From Nannocystaceae bacterium (GTDB taxonomy: Bacteria; Myxococcota_A; Polyangia; Nannocystales; Nannocystaceae), in assembly GCA_041389865.1 (NCBI GenBank), contig JAWKRA010000004.1, forward strand, positions 50,307 to 114,306: a DNA stretch of 64,000 nt, written 5' to 3'. Below the pieces are notes generated by a model. The model did no database searches and was not told the DNA's origin. It saw only the letters and a list, made by a program, of their open reading frames with translations. The position numbers and the translations under genes are program-made. Shown here one piece after another: positions 38,189 through 48,347 of this stretch; position 1 is the first letter of the stretch; the number at the start of each line of letters is the position of its first letter.

Positions 38189-39895
38189 TCACGGCGCGTA
38201 CTTGGTGATCCACAGCGAGGCGAGGTTCTCGACCTGGTAGACCTCGCCGACCGCGTAGACGTTGCCGTCGCCGTCGACCGCGACCCCGTGCGCGATATCG
38301 TTGCCGCCCTGCTCGTCGTGGCGCTGCTCCCAGATGACCTCGCCGACCGGGTCGCGCTTGCTCACCCAGGTGTCGACGAGCGCCTCGTACTCCTCGCCCG
38401 CGAACACCAGGGTGCCGTCGGGGCCGACCGCGACGCCGCGGCCGACGTCGTTGTCCCCGCCCGCGCTCGAGTGCTCGAGCCGCCAGAGCTCGAGCCCGTC
38501 GGCGGCGCCGTAGGTGCCCATCCAGACGTTGACGAGCTGATCGACGGTGTAGGTCTCGCCGGTGAGGACGAGATCGCCGTCGGCGTTGACGGCCGCGCCG
38601 CGGGCCCGATCGACGCCCGCGTTGTTGTCGATCGAGTGGCTCCACTCGATGACGCCGAGCGGCGAGTACCGGCGCAGGAACACGTTGTCGAGGCCGATCC
38701 ACTCGTACACGCCGCCGACCACGAAGATCTCACCGTCCGCGCCAGTCGCAACCCCGTGGCCGCCGTCGTTGCCGCCGGCGTGATCGTGGGTGTGGGCGAA
38801 CCACAGATCGCCGTCGGGCCCGTACTTGGCGGTCCACACGTCGGCGAGGCCGATCAGGTGGTACTCCTCGCCGGTGACGATGATGTTGTCGTCGCGGTCG
38901 ACCGAGACCCCGCGCGCGCGATCGTCCCCCGAGTCGTCCCCGTTGTGGGTGAGGGTCCACAGCTCGTTGCCGTCGCTGTCGAACTTGCCGATCCACGCGT
39001 TGGCGTTGTCGAACGCGACGAACACCTCACCGACCGCGATGATGTTGTCCTCGCTGTCGACCGCGACCCCGCGGCCGATGTCGTCGCCGCTGCCGTCGCC
39101 GTTGAAGCTCTTGGACCAAATCACCTGCCCGTCGGGGCTGTACTTGCGCAGGAAGATGTTGGCGTTCTCGACCAGCTGGAATTCCTGGCCGACGACGATC
39201 GCGTTGCCGGCCCCGTCGACCGCGACCCCGCGGGCGACCGCGATGCCGAGGTCCTTGCCCGGGTAGATGTCGGTCCACAGCGGCGTGCCCGAGACCACGC
39301 AGTCGCTGTTGCAGCCGTCGCCGTTGATGTCGTTGCCGTCGTCGCAGGCCTCGACGGCCTCGTCGGGGTAGAGCTCGCCGTCACCGCAAAACGGGCCGAG
39401 CTCGGCGCAGCCCGGGGCGCAGCCGCCGTGGCTGTCGTTGTTGACCCCGTCGTCGCAGACCTCGACGCCCGCCTGCACCAAGCCGTCGCCGCAGATCGCG
39501 TTGGCGCAGCTCGAGGTGCACGCGCCGTCGTCGGCGTTCTGGGCCCCCTCGTCGCACTCCTCATCGCCCTCGACCGCCCCGTTCCCGCACTCGGGGACGA
39601 TGCACATGCACTCGCCGAAGCCGCTGCCGTCGTCCTTGCAGATCTCGACGCCGTCGCTCGCCTCACACGGGCACGCCTGCTGCTCGCCGGGCGTGCACAC
39701 CGAGCCCGTGTCGCTGGAAGAGCTGCCCGGCCCCGCGGTGGTCCCCTCGCTGTCGCTCTCGCTGCCCGAAGTGGTCTCGGTGTCCGTGTCGGCGCCGGTC
39801 TCGGTGGCAGTGCCGGTGCCGATCGGATCATCGCCGCCGCAGGCGACCAGGAGGGCGAGGCTCAGGAGCGAGGGGGCGCGACGCAGGGAGATCAT
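38189..39895 (-). CDS. Lipoprotein with myxo-type Cys-rich repeats and SBBP beta-propeller repeats
   Basis: Lipobox LLVACGG and a T/S/D linker. Four repeats of the form CGDG....E.CDDGN...DGC. Then about 8 copies of GVAVD.DGN..V.G (SBBP-like). Confidence 0.65.
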   Translation of the reverse strand: MISLRRAPSLLSLALLVACGGDDPIGTGTATETGADTDTETTSGSESDSEGTTAGPGSSSSDTGSVCTPGEQQACPCEASDGVEICKDDGSGFGECMCIVPECGNGAVEGDEECDEGAQNADDGACTSSCANAICGDGLVQAGVEVCDDGVNNDSHGGCAPGCAELGPFCGDGELYPDEAVEACDDGNDINGDGCNSDCVVSGTPLWTDIYPGKDLGIAVARGVAVDGAGNAIVVGQEFQLVENANIFLRKYSPDGQVIWSKSFNGDGSGDDIGRGVAVDSEDNIIAVGEVFVAFDNANAWIGKFDSDGNELWTLTHNGDDSGDDRARGVSVDRDDNIIVTGEEYHLIGLADVWTAKYGPDGDLWFAHTHDHAGGNDGGHGVATGADGEIFVVGGVYEWIGLDNVFLRRYSPLGVIEWSHSIDNNAGVDRARGAAVNADGDLVLTGETYTVDQLVNVWMGTYGAADGLELWRLEHSSAGGDNDVGRGVAVGPDGTLVFAGEEYEALVDTWVSKRDPVGEVIWEQRHDEQGGNDIAHGVAVDGDGNVYAVGEVYQVENLASLWITKYAP

Positions 39896-40043
39896 CGGCG
39901 GAGGGTAGCATTTTCGCGCCTCGGCCATAGCCCGCGCCGGCGTGACCGGGCGCGCTCCGGCCACCGTCGCGATCGCAGGGATCGACGGCGTGGGTCGCCG
40001 ACCCCGGCGCGCGACGAACTTGCGCGGCCCGAGCCGCCCCTGC

Positions 40044-42458
40044 TCAGGACTCGCCGTCCTGGGCCGGCGCGTCGTCGGCGGTCGCCAGCGCCGAGAGCTG
40101 ATCGATCGTCAGGAGCCGACCGACCCGCGGATCGTCGCTGTGCAGCTTCTCGTGGGCCAGCGGGTCGGCGCGCTCGAGCTCGCCAGGCTCGCCGCCCAGG
40201 CCCAGGAGCTGGCGAATCGCGCGGCGTGAGCCGTAGTAGTTGCCCGAGTGGTGATCCTCCTCGGTGTTGCAGCGCCGGATCTTCGACAGCGAGATCGGCG
40301 GGAGGTTCAGCATCTGCAGGGCCCGATCCCAGATCTGTCCGAGCCGGTTCTGATCGGCCGGGAACTCGAGCAGGCTGGCGAGCGTGAGCAGCAAGCCGGC
40401 GCGCTGGCCCGCGATCGTGTCGAGCGGCGCGCGCCCGCCGAGGTAGCCGAGATCGATCGCCCGCCAGAAGGCCTCGGCGGCGATGAGCAGGCGCTTGAGC
40501 TCGGACGGGCTGTGCGAGAGCCAGGCGTTGAACATCACGTCGGCCGCGAGCCCGCCCTCGGCCGCCGCGTCCTTGGTGTAGCGGATCACCGCCGGCAGCT
40601 GGCCGAGCGGGACCTCGGGGCCCTTGCCGGTCGGCACGTCGGTGGGCGGCTCACCCGGACCGAAGAAGCCGGCGCCGCGGAACGCGTAGAAGCGCTCGGC
40701 CTCGCCGGGCAGCTCGTCCCATAGCTCGCTGTATTGGGTGACGCGGTTCATGCTGCCGGCCGACCAGCCCAGGCCGCGGGCCGCCTCGCCGCTGACCTGC
40801 GAGCCCGCGACGCCGGGGTCGCGCGGGACCCCGCCCGCGCGCGCGTCCTCGGCGATGGCGACCAGCTGGAAGTCGAGGAAGCCGTCGTAGAAGTCGGCCT
40901 TGCCGTCGTGGTTGATGTCCTCGTAGCGCGAGACCACGGCCGGGTGCGCGGGCCCGATGAACTGCACGAAGCCCTCGACCCGCTGCTGCCGGTGGTACCA
41001 CTGGGCCTCGCGGATGCGGGCGTCGATGCCGGCGAAGTCCTCGCCCTTGGCGAACCCCTGCAGCAGCGCGTGGAGGCAGTCACAAGCCTCGGAGTCGACG
41101 ATCTTGTGGCCCTCGCCGGTGCGGAAGTAGGTCGAGTCCCACGACGAGTAGATGTCGGCGTCGGGGAACATCCGCGAGATCGCAAACCGCGTCGTCAGGC
41201 CCGCGCACTGGGCGTTCAGCATCAGCTTGTAGCCGCGCTGCTCGACCGCCACCTGCGAGGCCGCCATGTCGTTGGCGCCGAGGTTGGCGTGGCGGCTGAT
41301 CGCGAGGCCGACGAAGTACTCGTGGCCCATCTCGAAGTTCTCGTCGCGCGGGCTGGTGGTGCGGGTCCAGATCTGGATCTCCTGCCCGTCAGGGCCGGCA
41401 AACGGCGCCTTGAGGATCTCGTAGCCGCGCCAGCCGGGCGGCGTCGGGGCGCCCTCGGGGGCCGCCATCTCGGTGTACTTGTAGCGGTCGCGGAGGATCT
41501 CGTACTCGCCCGGGTGGAAGTCGTAGGCCGAGGCGAAGCCGAACCGCCAGACGTCCTTGGGGAGCTGCGCGTAGGGCGGGCTCTTGCGGGTGTAGCCGGC
41601 GAGCAGCTCCTTGACCTGGGCGGCGTGGGCCTCGGAGAGCGCCGGCCCGCGCATCTGCAGGAGCATCAGCGCGTGGTTGCGCAGCTCGGGGCGCCCGCCC
41701 TCCCCGGCCTCGGCCTCGATGAGCGCGAGGATGCGAGCAGCTGCCCGATCCGCCAGGTCGCGGAATTCGGGGTCCTTGAGGACGGTGGCGACCACGTGGG
41801 AGAGGACGGTGACGCAGGCCGAGCGCAGCTGCACGGCCTGGGCGCGGGCCTCGTCGCCCTCGGCGGCAGAGACCGCCGCGGCCGCGAGCACGGCGTCGAC
41901 CTGATCGAGCAGCGCCGCGCCCTGGGCGACCGAGAGCCGCTCTGGTCTCTCGGGCAGGTCGGGGTGGAAGGGGCTCGGCGGGAACAGCCGCTCGAAGCTC
42001 GAGCTGCGCCGCGACGAGATCCAGCGGGCCGCCGTGACCATGGTGTCGAGCGCGTCGAGCCCGCGCGGGGCCTCGCCGTCGGCGCTTGACGAGAGTGTCC
42101 CCTCGGACAGCAAGTAAAGCGGCGCCGCGCCGTGCAGCCCGCCGGTGAGGTCGAGCGGCGGCGCCTCGCCGCGGACCGCCTCGAGCTTGCGACGCAGCCC
42201 GCGACGCCCGTCGAAGCGGACCAGCACCCGGTGGCCGACGCCCTCCTGGACCGACGCCTGATCGGCGCCCTCGACGATGACGTGGTAATCGCGCGGACCC
42301 GTGAGCAGGAGGTGGAGGCCGTCCTCTGCAGCGTCAAAGCTCTGCTTGGCGGCCTCGTCGGCGGCGATCAGCTGACCGACGAATTCCCTGTCACCAAGCA
42401 CCACCTGTACACTCGTAACTCCCGATTGCGTCGGCATCTCGATCTCTCCTGTCACCAC
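40044..42458 (-). CDS. Large hypothetical protein (804 aa)
   Basis: High-GC3 ORF with no recognisable motif. The antisense ORFs are Arg-rich shadows. Confidence 0.5.
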   Translation of the reverse strand: MVTGEIEMPTQSGVTSVQVVLGDREFVGQLIAADEAAKQSFDAAEDGLHLLLTGPRDYHVIVEGADQASVQEGVGHRVLVRFDGRRGLRRKLEAVRGEAPPLDLTGGLHGAAPLYLLSEGTLSSSADGEAPRGLDALDTMVTAARWISSRRSSSFERLFPPSPFHPDLPERPERLSVAQGAALLDQVDAVLAAAAVSAAEGDEARAQAVQLRSACVTVLSHVVATVLKDPEFRDLADRAAARILALIEAEAGEGGRPELRNHALMLLQMRGPALSEAHAAQVKELLAGYTRKSPPYAQLPKDVWRFGFASAYDFHPGEYEILRDRYKYTEMAAPEGAPTPPGWRGYEILKAPFAGPDGQEIQIWTRTTSPRDENFEMGHEYFVGLAISRHANLGANDMAASQVAVEQRGYKLMLNAQCAGLTTRFAISRMFPDADIYSSWDSTYFRTGEGHKIVDSEACDCLHALLQGFAKGEDFAGIDARIREAQWYHRQQRVEGFVQFIGPAHPAVVSRYEDINHDGKADFYDGFLDFQLVAIAEDARAGGVPRDPGVAGSQVSGEAARGLGWSAGSMNRVTQYSELWDELPGEAERFYAFRGAGFFGPGEPPTDVPTGKGPEVPLGQLPAVIRYTKDAAAEGGLAADVMFNAWLSHSPSELKRLLIAAEAFWRAIDLGYLGGRAPLDTIAGQRAGLLLTLASLLEFPADQNRLGQIWDRALQMLNLPPISLSKIRRCNTEEDHHSGNYYGSRRAIRQLLGLGGEPGELERADPLAHEKLHSDDPRVGRLLTIDQLSALATADDAPAQDGES

Positions 42459-42524
42459 CTGGAACGGCCAGAACGTACCACAGGCGATCGGAGCAGGCGG
42501 CGCGACGGCGCGCGCCGTGGTGTC

Positions 42525-43412
42525 TCAATCCGCGCGATCGCTGGCGGCGAAGCGCTCGATGTAGCGATCGTAGGCGTCTTGCAGCGTGCGCGTCACCGCG
42601 CCGACCTTGCCGTCGGCGATCGGCGCTCCGTCGAGCTCGGTCACCGGCATGATGCCGCGCACCGACGACGTCAGGAACACCTCGTCGGCGGCGCGCAGCT
42701 CGTCGGGCAGGAGCGTGCGCTCCTCGACCGCGATCCCGAGCGCGTCCGCGAGCTCGACGATCGCGGTGCGGGTGATCCCCTGCAGGAGCCCGGTCTCGAG
42801 GCTGGGCGTGACGAGCCGCCCGCCCTGGACCATGAAGACGTTGCTGGTCGCCCCCTCGGCGACCTCGCCCTTCGCGTTGCAGAGGATCGCGTCGGCGGCC
42901 GCGCCGGCGATCGCCTGACGCAGCGCCTGGATGTTGTTGAGGTAGTTGCCGGTCTTGAGCGCCGGGTCGAGCTGGCGACGACCGATCTTGCGCACGTCGA
43001 CGATCTTCGCCGAGGTGCCCCGCTCGTAGAGCTCCTTGGGGGACAGCTCGAGGCGCTTGGCGATGACCACGAGCAGCGGATCGCGAGACACCCGCGGATC
43101 GAGGACGAGGTCGCCGGTGCCGCGGGTGACGACGACGCGGAGCATGCAGTCCGCGTCGCCGGTGGCCGCGCGCGCCTGCTCGATGGCGTCGCAGAGCGCG
43201 TGGTCGTCAAACGGGATCTCGAAGCCGATGCCCGCGGCGCTCTGGCGGAGCCGCGCGAGGTGACGGGCGCGCTCGACGACCACGCCGCCAGCTGTCCGCA
43301 AGGTCTCGTAGACGCTGTCGCCGTAGAGGAAGCCGCGGTCGAGGACGCTGACGGTCGCGTCTGCGGGATCGACGGCGCGCCCCAGGGACGAGAGGTAGAC
43401 CTTGAGGCCCAT
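42525..43412 (-). CDS. Class IV PLP-dependent aminotransferase (BCAT, D-Ala aminotransferase or ADC-lyase family)
   Basis: 295 aa with the family signature ..GATSNVF.V..G.L.TP......L.GITR... Confidence 0.8.
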   Translation of the reverse strand: MGLKVYLSSLGRAVDPADATVSVLDRGFLYGDSVYETLRTAGGVVVERARHLARLRQSAAGIGFEIPFDDHALCDAIEQARAATGDADCMLRVVVTRGTGDLVLDPRVSRDPLLVVIAKRLELSPKELYERGTSAKIVDVRKIGRRQLDPALKTGNYLNNIQALRQAIAGAAADAILCNAKGEVAEGATSNVFMVQGGRLVTPSLETGLLQGITRTAIVELADALGIAVEERTLLPDELRAADEVFLTSSVRGIMPVTELDGAPIADGKVGAVTRTLQDAYDRYIERFAASDRAD

Positions 43413-43586
43413 GGGGCGCCGACTATAGCAGCCACCCCGCCTCCGCGAACTGCGACGTCATCGTCAGTGGACGGTCGCGTCGACGTGACGCCGCGTGACC
43501 TTTTCGTCGCGGGTCGTTTCCGGTTAGGATAATCCTCCACGCTCACGCGAGCGGAGGGCGTCGGACGCCCGCAGGACCTCGGAGCT

Positions 43587-44210
43587 GTGCGAAGGATTCG
43601 CTGCCACTACCCCTCCGGTGACGCGTTCCTCGAGGCCCTGGCGACCACGCGCGAGTCGAACGCGCTCGAGGTCTACACGACCGAGCGCTTCGAGCCGGGC
43701 GAGGAGGTGCTGGTCGAGCTCTACTACACCGGGCTCGCGGCCAAGATGATGGTGCGGGCGGTCGGCATGCGCTGGCACAACGCGCGCCCCCGGCTGCGGG
43801 TCCGCGCCGGCGGTGAGCTGCGCTGCACGGGCTCAGAGTGGCGCAAGGTCGAGTTCCTGCGGGCGGTCGCCGCCGGCGAGGCCGAGCTGCCGGGGCGGCG
43901 TCGCAGCCTCCGTCACCCGGTGATCGTCGAGGTCGCGTGGCGCCGGGTCGGCGAGCCCGACCTCACCGCCTGCACGATCACCGAGCTGTCTGAGAACGGC
44001 GCCCTCATCACCACGAGCGCCGGGCTCGAGGTCGGCGACGAGGTGATCGTCGAGATCCGCACCCCGGGCTCGGCGCGCGCCCTCGAGGTGCTCTCGGTGG
44101 TCCGCAACCGCGATCATCCCGCCGGCGTCGGCGTCGAGTTCATGGCCCGCGACATCGGCGGGATCCATCGCTTGCGCGAGGTCATCCGCCGGATCGTCGA
44201 AGAGTCGTGA
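43587..44210 (+). CDS. Tandem PilZ-domain protein
   Basis: Two PilZ-like beta-barrel halves (RR..R....V.V......G..TELSENGALI) of the kind common in Myxococcota. Confidence 0.55.
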   Translation: MRRIRCHYPSGDAFLEALATTRESNALEVYTTERFEPGEEVLVELYYTGLAAKMMVRAVGMRWHNARPRLRVRAGGELRCTGSEWRKVEFLRAVAAGEAELPGRRRSLRHPVIVEVAWRRVGEPDLTACTITELSENGALITTSAGLEVGDEVIVEIRTPGSARALEVLSVVRNRDHPAGVGVEFMARDIGGIHRLREVIRRIVEES

Positions 44211-44216
44211 GTCGCG

Positions 44217-44606
44217 TCAGGTCCCTGGCGCGTGCGGCGTTCGCTGGCATCGTCGGCGATCGACGATCCGCAGCTTGTTGTTGGCCTTGGCGGTCACGGT
44301 GAGCTCCTTGCCGCGGGCCACGTGCACGCGTCGCCGTCGCGTCTCGCCGCTGGCGCCGTCGCGCACCTCGACGACCAGGCTGCCGCCGCGGGCCTCGGGG
44401 GCCTGGGCGCACTCGCCAGGGAGCAGCCGCTCGCCGCCCGCCGACAGGGTCAGGGGTCGATCGGGCTCGGAGACGAAGCAAAGGCGCGGCGGCCCGTCGG
44501 GCTCACACGCGCGTGCGTCGTCGCGGCGCCAGCCGTGGGCCGGCGCGCAGGCCGAGGCCGCGACCACCAGCGCGAGCAGCCGCGTCGCCGCCCGCGTATG
44601 GCACAC
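44217..44606 (-). CDS. Small lipoprotein
   Basis: GTG start, then signal and lipobox TRLLALVVAASAC. The plus-strand frame opposite is Arg/Ala shadow sequence. Confidence 0.35.
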   Translation of the reverse strand: MCHTRAATRLLALVVAASACAPAHGWRRDDARACEPDGPPRLCFVSEPDRPLTLSAGGERLLPGECAQAPEARGGSLVVEVRDGASGETRRRRVHVARGKELTVTAKANNKLRIVDRRRCQRTPHAPGT

Positions 44607-44615
44607 TCGGGGTCG

Positions 44616-45128
44616 ATGGCCCGACTCCCGCGACGTCGCCGACGCCTTCAGGCGCGAGAGGGTCGCGTCGATGTCGCGCGCGTCGTCGAGGACAAGCTGC
44701 GCGCGCTGGTCCCCGAAGAGGTCCGCGTGCTGCTGCAGGTGCGGGAGGTCTGGCCGCGGATCGCCCCCGGCCGCTTGCAGACCCGGACCTGGCCGGCGGC
44801 CGTCTCGGGCGGCGAGCTCGTCGTGCACGTGCATGACAACCAGTGGCTACACGAGTTGAACTACTTGCGGAAGGAGCTCGAGGACAACCTCCGCGCCGCC
44901 TGCCCGCGCCTCGGGATCGAGCGAATCCGCCTGCGCCTCGGCTCGGTCGAGCGGCCGGTCCCGGCCTCCGAGGCCCCCCCGCGCCCCGCTACCCCGCGCG
45001 CGCGCATGACGGAGGAGCCGGACCGCGGCACGCTCGAGGCGCTCGAGACGGTGCGAGATCCAGAGCTCAAGCAGCTGATGGCCCGCACCCGCGTGATGCT
45101 CGGGCGCCCGCCCGAGCGCACGAGCTGA
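44616..45128 (+). CDS. DUF721/DciA-like protein
   Basis: WPRIAPGRLQTRTWPAAVSGGELVVHVHDNQWLHELNYLRKELEDNL matches the DUF721 core. Confidence 0.5.
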   Translation: MARLPRRRRRLQAREGRVDVARVVEDKLRALVPEEVRVLLQVREVWPRIAPGRLQTRTWPAAVSGGELVVHVHDNQWLHELNYLRKELEDNLRAACPRLGIERIRLRLGSVERPVPASEAPPRPATPRARMTEEPDRGTLEALETVRDPELKQLMARTRVMLGRPPERTS

Positions 45129-45449
45129 GCGAAGATCGATCGTCGCCGGCCGCCGAAACGCCACCGAGGACGCCTCGCAGCCGCCACACCATCGCGTAGA
45201 CCTCCTCCACGCGCGACGCGGCGCGTCCGAGTCGTTCGCGCGGCGTCCCGCGCCGTCCGGGGCGTCGCTGTCGGTGCGTCAAAAGGCCAAGGGACGGGCT
45301 GTGCAACAAGCTTCGGCGACGAAGAGCGCGGCGTTCGAGGCGGCGCGGGGCGATGCCGGGAATCCTCGGACGCGCTGCTAGCTGTTGCGTATCTCCCCAC
45401 TGCCCTGCATGATGCGAGCACGCGGGACGCGGTCGCCGCGCGAGCGCTC

Positions 45450-47180
45450 ATGCACTCCCTCCTCGACGTCATGAATGAGGCGCTCACGGCCGTTAACGCG
45501 GTGATCTGGAGCGACATCGTCCTCTACCTCGTGCTCGCCACCGGCGTGCTGTTCACGGTCTGGAGCGGCTTCTGTCAGTACCACGCGCTCAGCCACGGCT
45601 CGGCGGTCACGGCTGGCAAGTACGACGACAAGGACGACCCCGGGGCGATCAGCCACTTCCAGGCGCTCTCCGCCGCGCTGTCGGCGACCGTGGGCCTCGG
45701 CAACATCGGCGGGGTCGCGGTCGCCATCGCGCTCGGCGGGCCCGGGGCGATGTTCTGGATGTGGGTGGTGGGCCTGGTCGGCATGGCCCTTAAGACCACC
45801 GAGGTCACCCAGGCGATGATGTTCCGCAACACCGACGACCCCGACAACCCGCACGGCGGGCCGATGTGGGTCGTCGACCAGGGCATCGCCAAGCACTTCC
45901 CTGCGCTCAAGGCGTTCGCGCGGCCGCTCGGCGTGCTGTTCTGCATCACGCTGCTCATCGCCACCATCACCGGCGGCAACATGTTCCAGGCGTGGAACGT
46001 CGGCATCGTCACCCGCGACATCGGGGTGCCCGAGCAGGTCGTCGGCGTCATCCTGGCGCTCTTGGTCGGCCTGACGATCCTCGGCGGCATCAAGCGGATC
46101 GGCGCGGTCGCGGGCCGCATCGTCCCGTTCATGTGCGTGATGTACCTGCTGGCCGCCACCTACGTGCTCGTCGTCCACATCGAGCGCCTCCCCGACGTCT
46201 TCCGCCTGATCTTCGCCTCTGCGTTCAACCCGGCCGAGGCGTCCGGGGCGTTCGTCGGCGGCACCTTCGGGCTCGCGTTCCTGTGGGGCATGAAGCGGGC
46301 GCTGTTCTCGTCGGAGGCTGGCCAGGGCTCCTCCCCCATCGCCCACTCGGCCGCCAAGACCCACGAGCCGGTGCGCGAGGGCGTGGTCGCCGGGCTCGAG
46401 CCGTTCATCGACACGCTCGTGGTCGCCACCCTCACGTCGCTCGTGATCCTCTCGAGCGGCGCCTGGAACCGCGACGGCGAGACCACGCTGGCCCAGGCCC
46501 CGGCGATCGAGGCGGTCGGCGACGGCGGCTGGAAGGTCGCCGACACGCCGCTGCCGCCCAAGACCGAGGAGGCGCAGGCCGTCAGCGGCCCGTGGGATCC
46601 GGGCAAGAACGTGTTCCTGATCGCCCGCTACGGGCCCATCGACGAGGACACCGCCGACAACCTCCACCGCATCCCAGGCCAGATCAAGCGCGACGACGAC
46701 AGCTCGCTGCGCGTCGTCTGGGAGCAGGTCGGCGACGCCGACGATCCGGTCACCGAGGCGCCCAAGCTCGAGACCCTCGAGGTGTTCGTCGACTACCCGA
46801 GCGCCGCCCTGACCAGCTACGCGTTTGACCGCGTCACGCCGGGCCTGGGCAAGTGGCTGGTGCTCGCGGCCTCGTGGCTGTTCGCCGTCTCGACCATGAT
46901 CTCGTGGTCCTACTACGGCGAGCAGGGCGTCATCTACATCGCCGGGCAGCGCGCGGTGCTCCCCTACAAGGTGCTCTACTGCGTCTTCATCCTCATCGCC
47001 TGCAGCGGGCTCATCACCACCGACGCCGACCTCGACAACCTCACCGCGCTCGGCACGGGCGTGATGCTGTGGGTCAACATCCCCATCATGCTGCTGTTCG
47101 GCGCCGTGGCCATGCGCGCCTACCACTCGTACTTCAAGCGCCTGCGCGCCGGCGAGTTCGAGCAGCGCGACGCCAGCTGA
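45450..47180 (+). CDS. Sodium:alanine (AGCS-family) symporter with an internal soluble insert
   Basis: GPGAMFWMWVVGLVGMALKTTEVTQA and about 11 TM helices. A ~130-aa hydrophilic insert lies at 46440–46830. Confidence 0.85.
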   Translation: MHSLLDVMNEALTAVNAVIWSDIVLYLVLATGVLFTVWSGFCQYHALSHGSAVTAGKYDDKDDPGAISHFQALSAALSATVGLGNIGGVAVAIALGGPGAMFWMWVVGLVGMALKTTEVTQAMMFRNTDDPDNPHGGPMWVVDQGIAKHFPALKAFARPLGVLFCITLLIATITGGNMFQAWNVGIVTRDIGVPEQVVGVILALLVGLTILGGIKRIGAVAGRIVPFMCVMYLLAATYVLVVHIERLPDVFRLIFASAFNPAEASGAFVGGTFGLAFLWGMKRALFSSEAGQGSSPIAHSAAKTHEPVREGVVAGLEPFIDTLVVATLTSLVILSSGAWNRDGETTLAQAPAIEAVGDGGWKVADTPLPPKTEEAQAVSGPWDPGKNVFLIARYGPIDEDTADNLHRIPGQIKRDDDSSLRVVWEQVGDADDPVTEAPKLETLEVFVDYPSAALTSYAFDRVTPGLGKWLVLAASWLFAVSTMISWSYYGEQGVIYIAGQRAVLPYKVLYCVFILIACSGLITTDADLDNLTALGTGVMLWVNIPIMLLFGAVAMRAYHSYFKRLRAGEFEQRDAS

Positions 47181-47186
47181 GCGCGG

Positions 47187-48262
47187 TCACCCGCGGCTGA
47201 TGAGCATGTCGGTCGTCGACGAGGCGGCGGCCTCGTGGGCGCCGCTGGCCTCGTCGAGCGGCGGCATCTCGACGTCGACGACGCCCGGGCGCAGGAACCA
47301 GCTCGCCGCGGTCCGATCGGTGATGAAGTACTCGAACAGCAGCGCCGCGACCTTCTCGCGGCCGGTCGGCGATGGGTGGACGCCGTCCCAGATCATGTCG
47401 GCGCGCTCGTAGGTGAGGCCGTCGTGCTCGCGCGGGACGACCCCGTCGGCCCACAGGTACGGGCCCCAGGCCAACCACGGGCTGCGCACGGGGCCCTTCT
47501 CGGGATCGTAGTTGAGGTTGGGGTCGCCGCGGATCTGATCGCGGATGAGCCACTTGATCGCAAAGCCGCTCTCGTAAGCGTGCGGCTCTGGGCTGAGCGG
47601 GATCTCCGAGTAGCCGCCGTAGGCGCGGCTCGAAGGTGAACGATCTGCAGGTTGGCGAACCGCTCGACGAGGATGTGCATCGTGTTGACGAGGCACTCGT
47701 AAGAAGCGCTTGGGCTCCTCGGGGGAACGGTCGCGGACTGGGCCTGGTCAGGCTCTTGAGCCACACCGCCTGGACCTGCTCGTTGGTGAGGCCCTCGGCG
47801 GCGACGCGCTGATCGATCGTCGGCCAGTATTCGGACGGGCCGCCTCCATGATCTCGGCCGACTTGCGCGGCTGGGCGCCGTTGATCGTCACGAGCGCGGG
47901 GTGCATCGCCGGGCTCACCGAGACCAGGTGCTGAAGACCTGAAACTCGCTGTTGGTGTTCAAAAGCCCGACCGAGAGCAGCCCGATCTTGCCGTCCTCCG
48001 CCGGGCTCCCGTCGGCAGCGCGCGGCACGATCCGAGCGGCCTTGCCGAGCCCGCGGTGAAGTGCTCGATCGGGGGGTGGTTCACCCCCCCGGGGTAGAGG
48101 CCCCCCTCCTCGCCCTTGTACGTGCCCAGCCCCAGGCTCGTCAGCGGAGCGCAACCAATGGAGTCCCGCGGCGGGTTCGCGCGAACGAAGTCCGCCATGA
48201 ACTTTGGCTTGCGCCGCGGTGCGCCAGTCAGGGGCATCTGTGCGTCACGAACTAACGATACC
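47187..48262 (-). pseudogene. Frameshifted SGNH/GDSL-like hydrolase gene
   Basis: The C-terminal piece holds DGVHPSPTGREKVAALLFEYF. N-terminal pieces sit in other frames (47393..47764, 47915..48154, 47959..48267). Homopolymer runs of 7 C and 6 G mark the shift sites. Confidence 0.35.
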
Positions 48263-48347
48263 AGCACTGCGACGCGACTCCTCGCGCGAGCGTGGCCGAA
48301 GGGTCAGCGCGGAACTCCGCGCGGTCGCGGGTGCCTCCTGAAGCGGG

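Noticed and set aside
38288-42089. Plus ORFs 38288..40387 (699 aa) and 40734..42089 (451 aa)
   Set aside because: Antisense to the SBBP lipoprotein and the 804-aa hypothetical gene. Arg/Ala/Gly-rich.
42132-43546. Plus ORF 42132..43532 and minus ORF 42671..43546
   Set aside because: Shadow frames over the class IV aminotransferase gene.
45378-47126. 582-aa minus ORF opposite the AGCS symporter
   Set aside because: Antisense shadow. The plus frame has the TM and AGCS signature.
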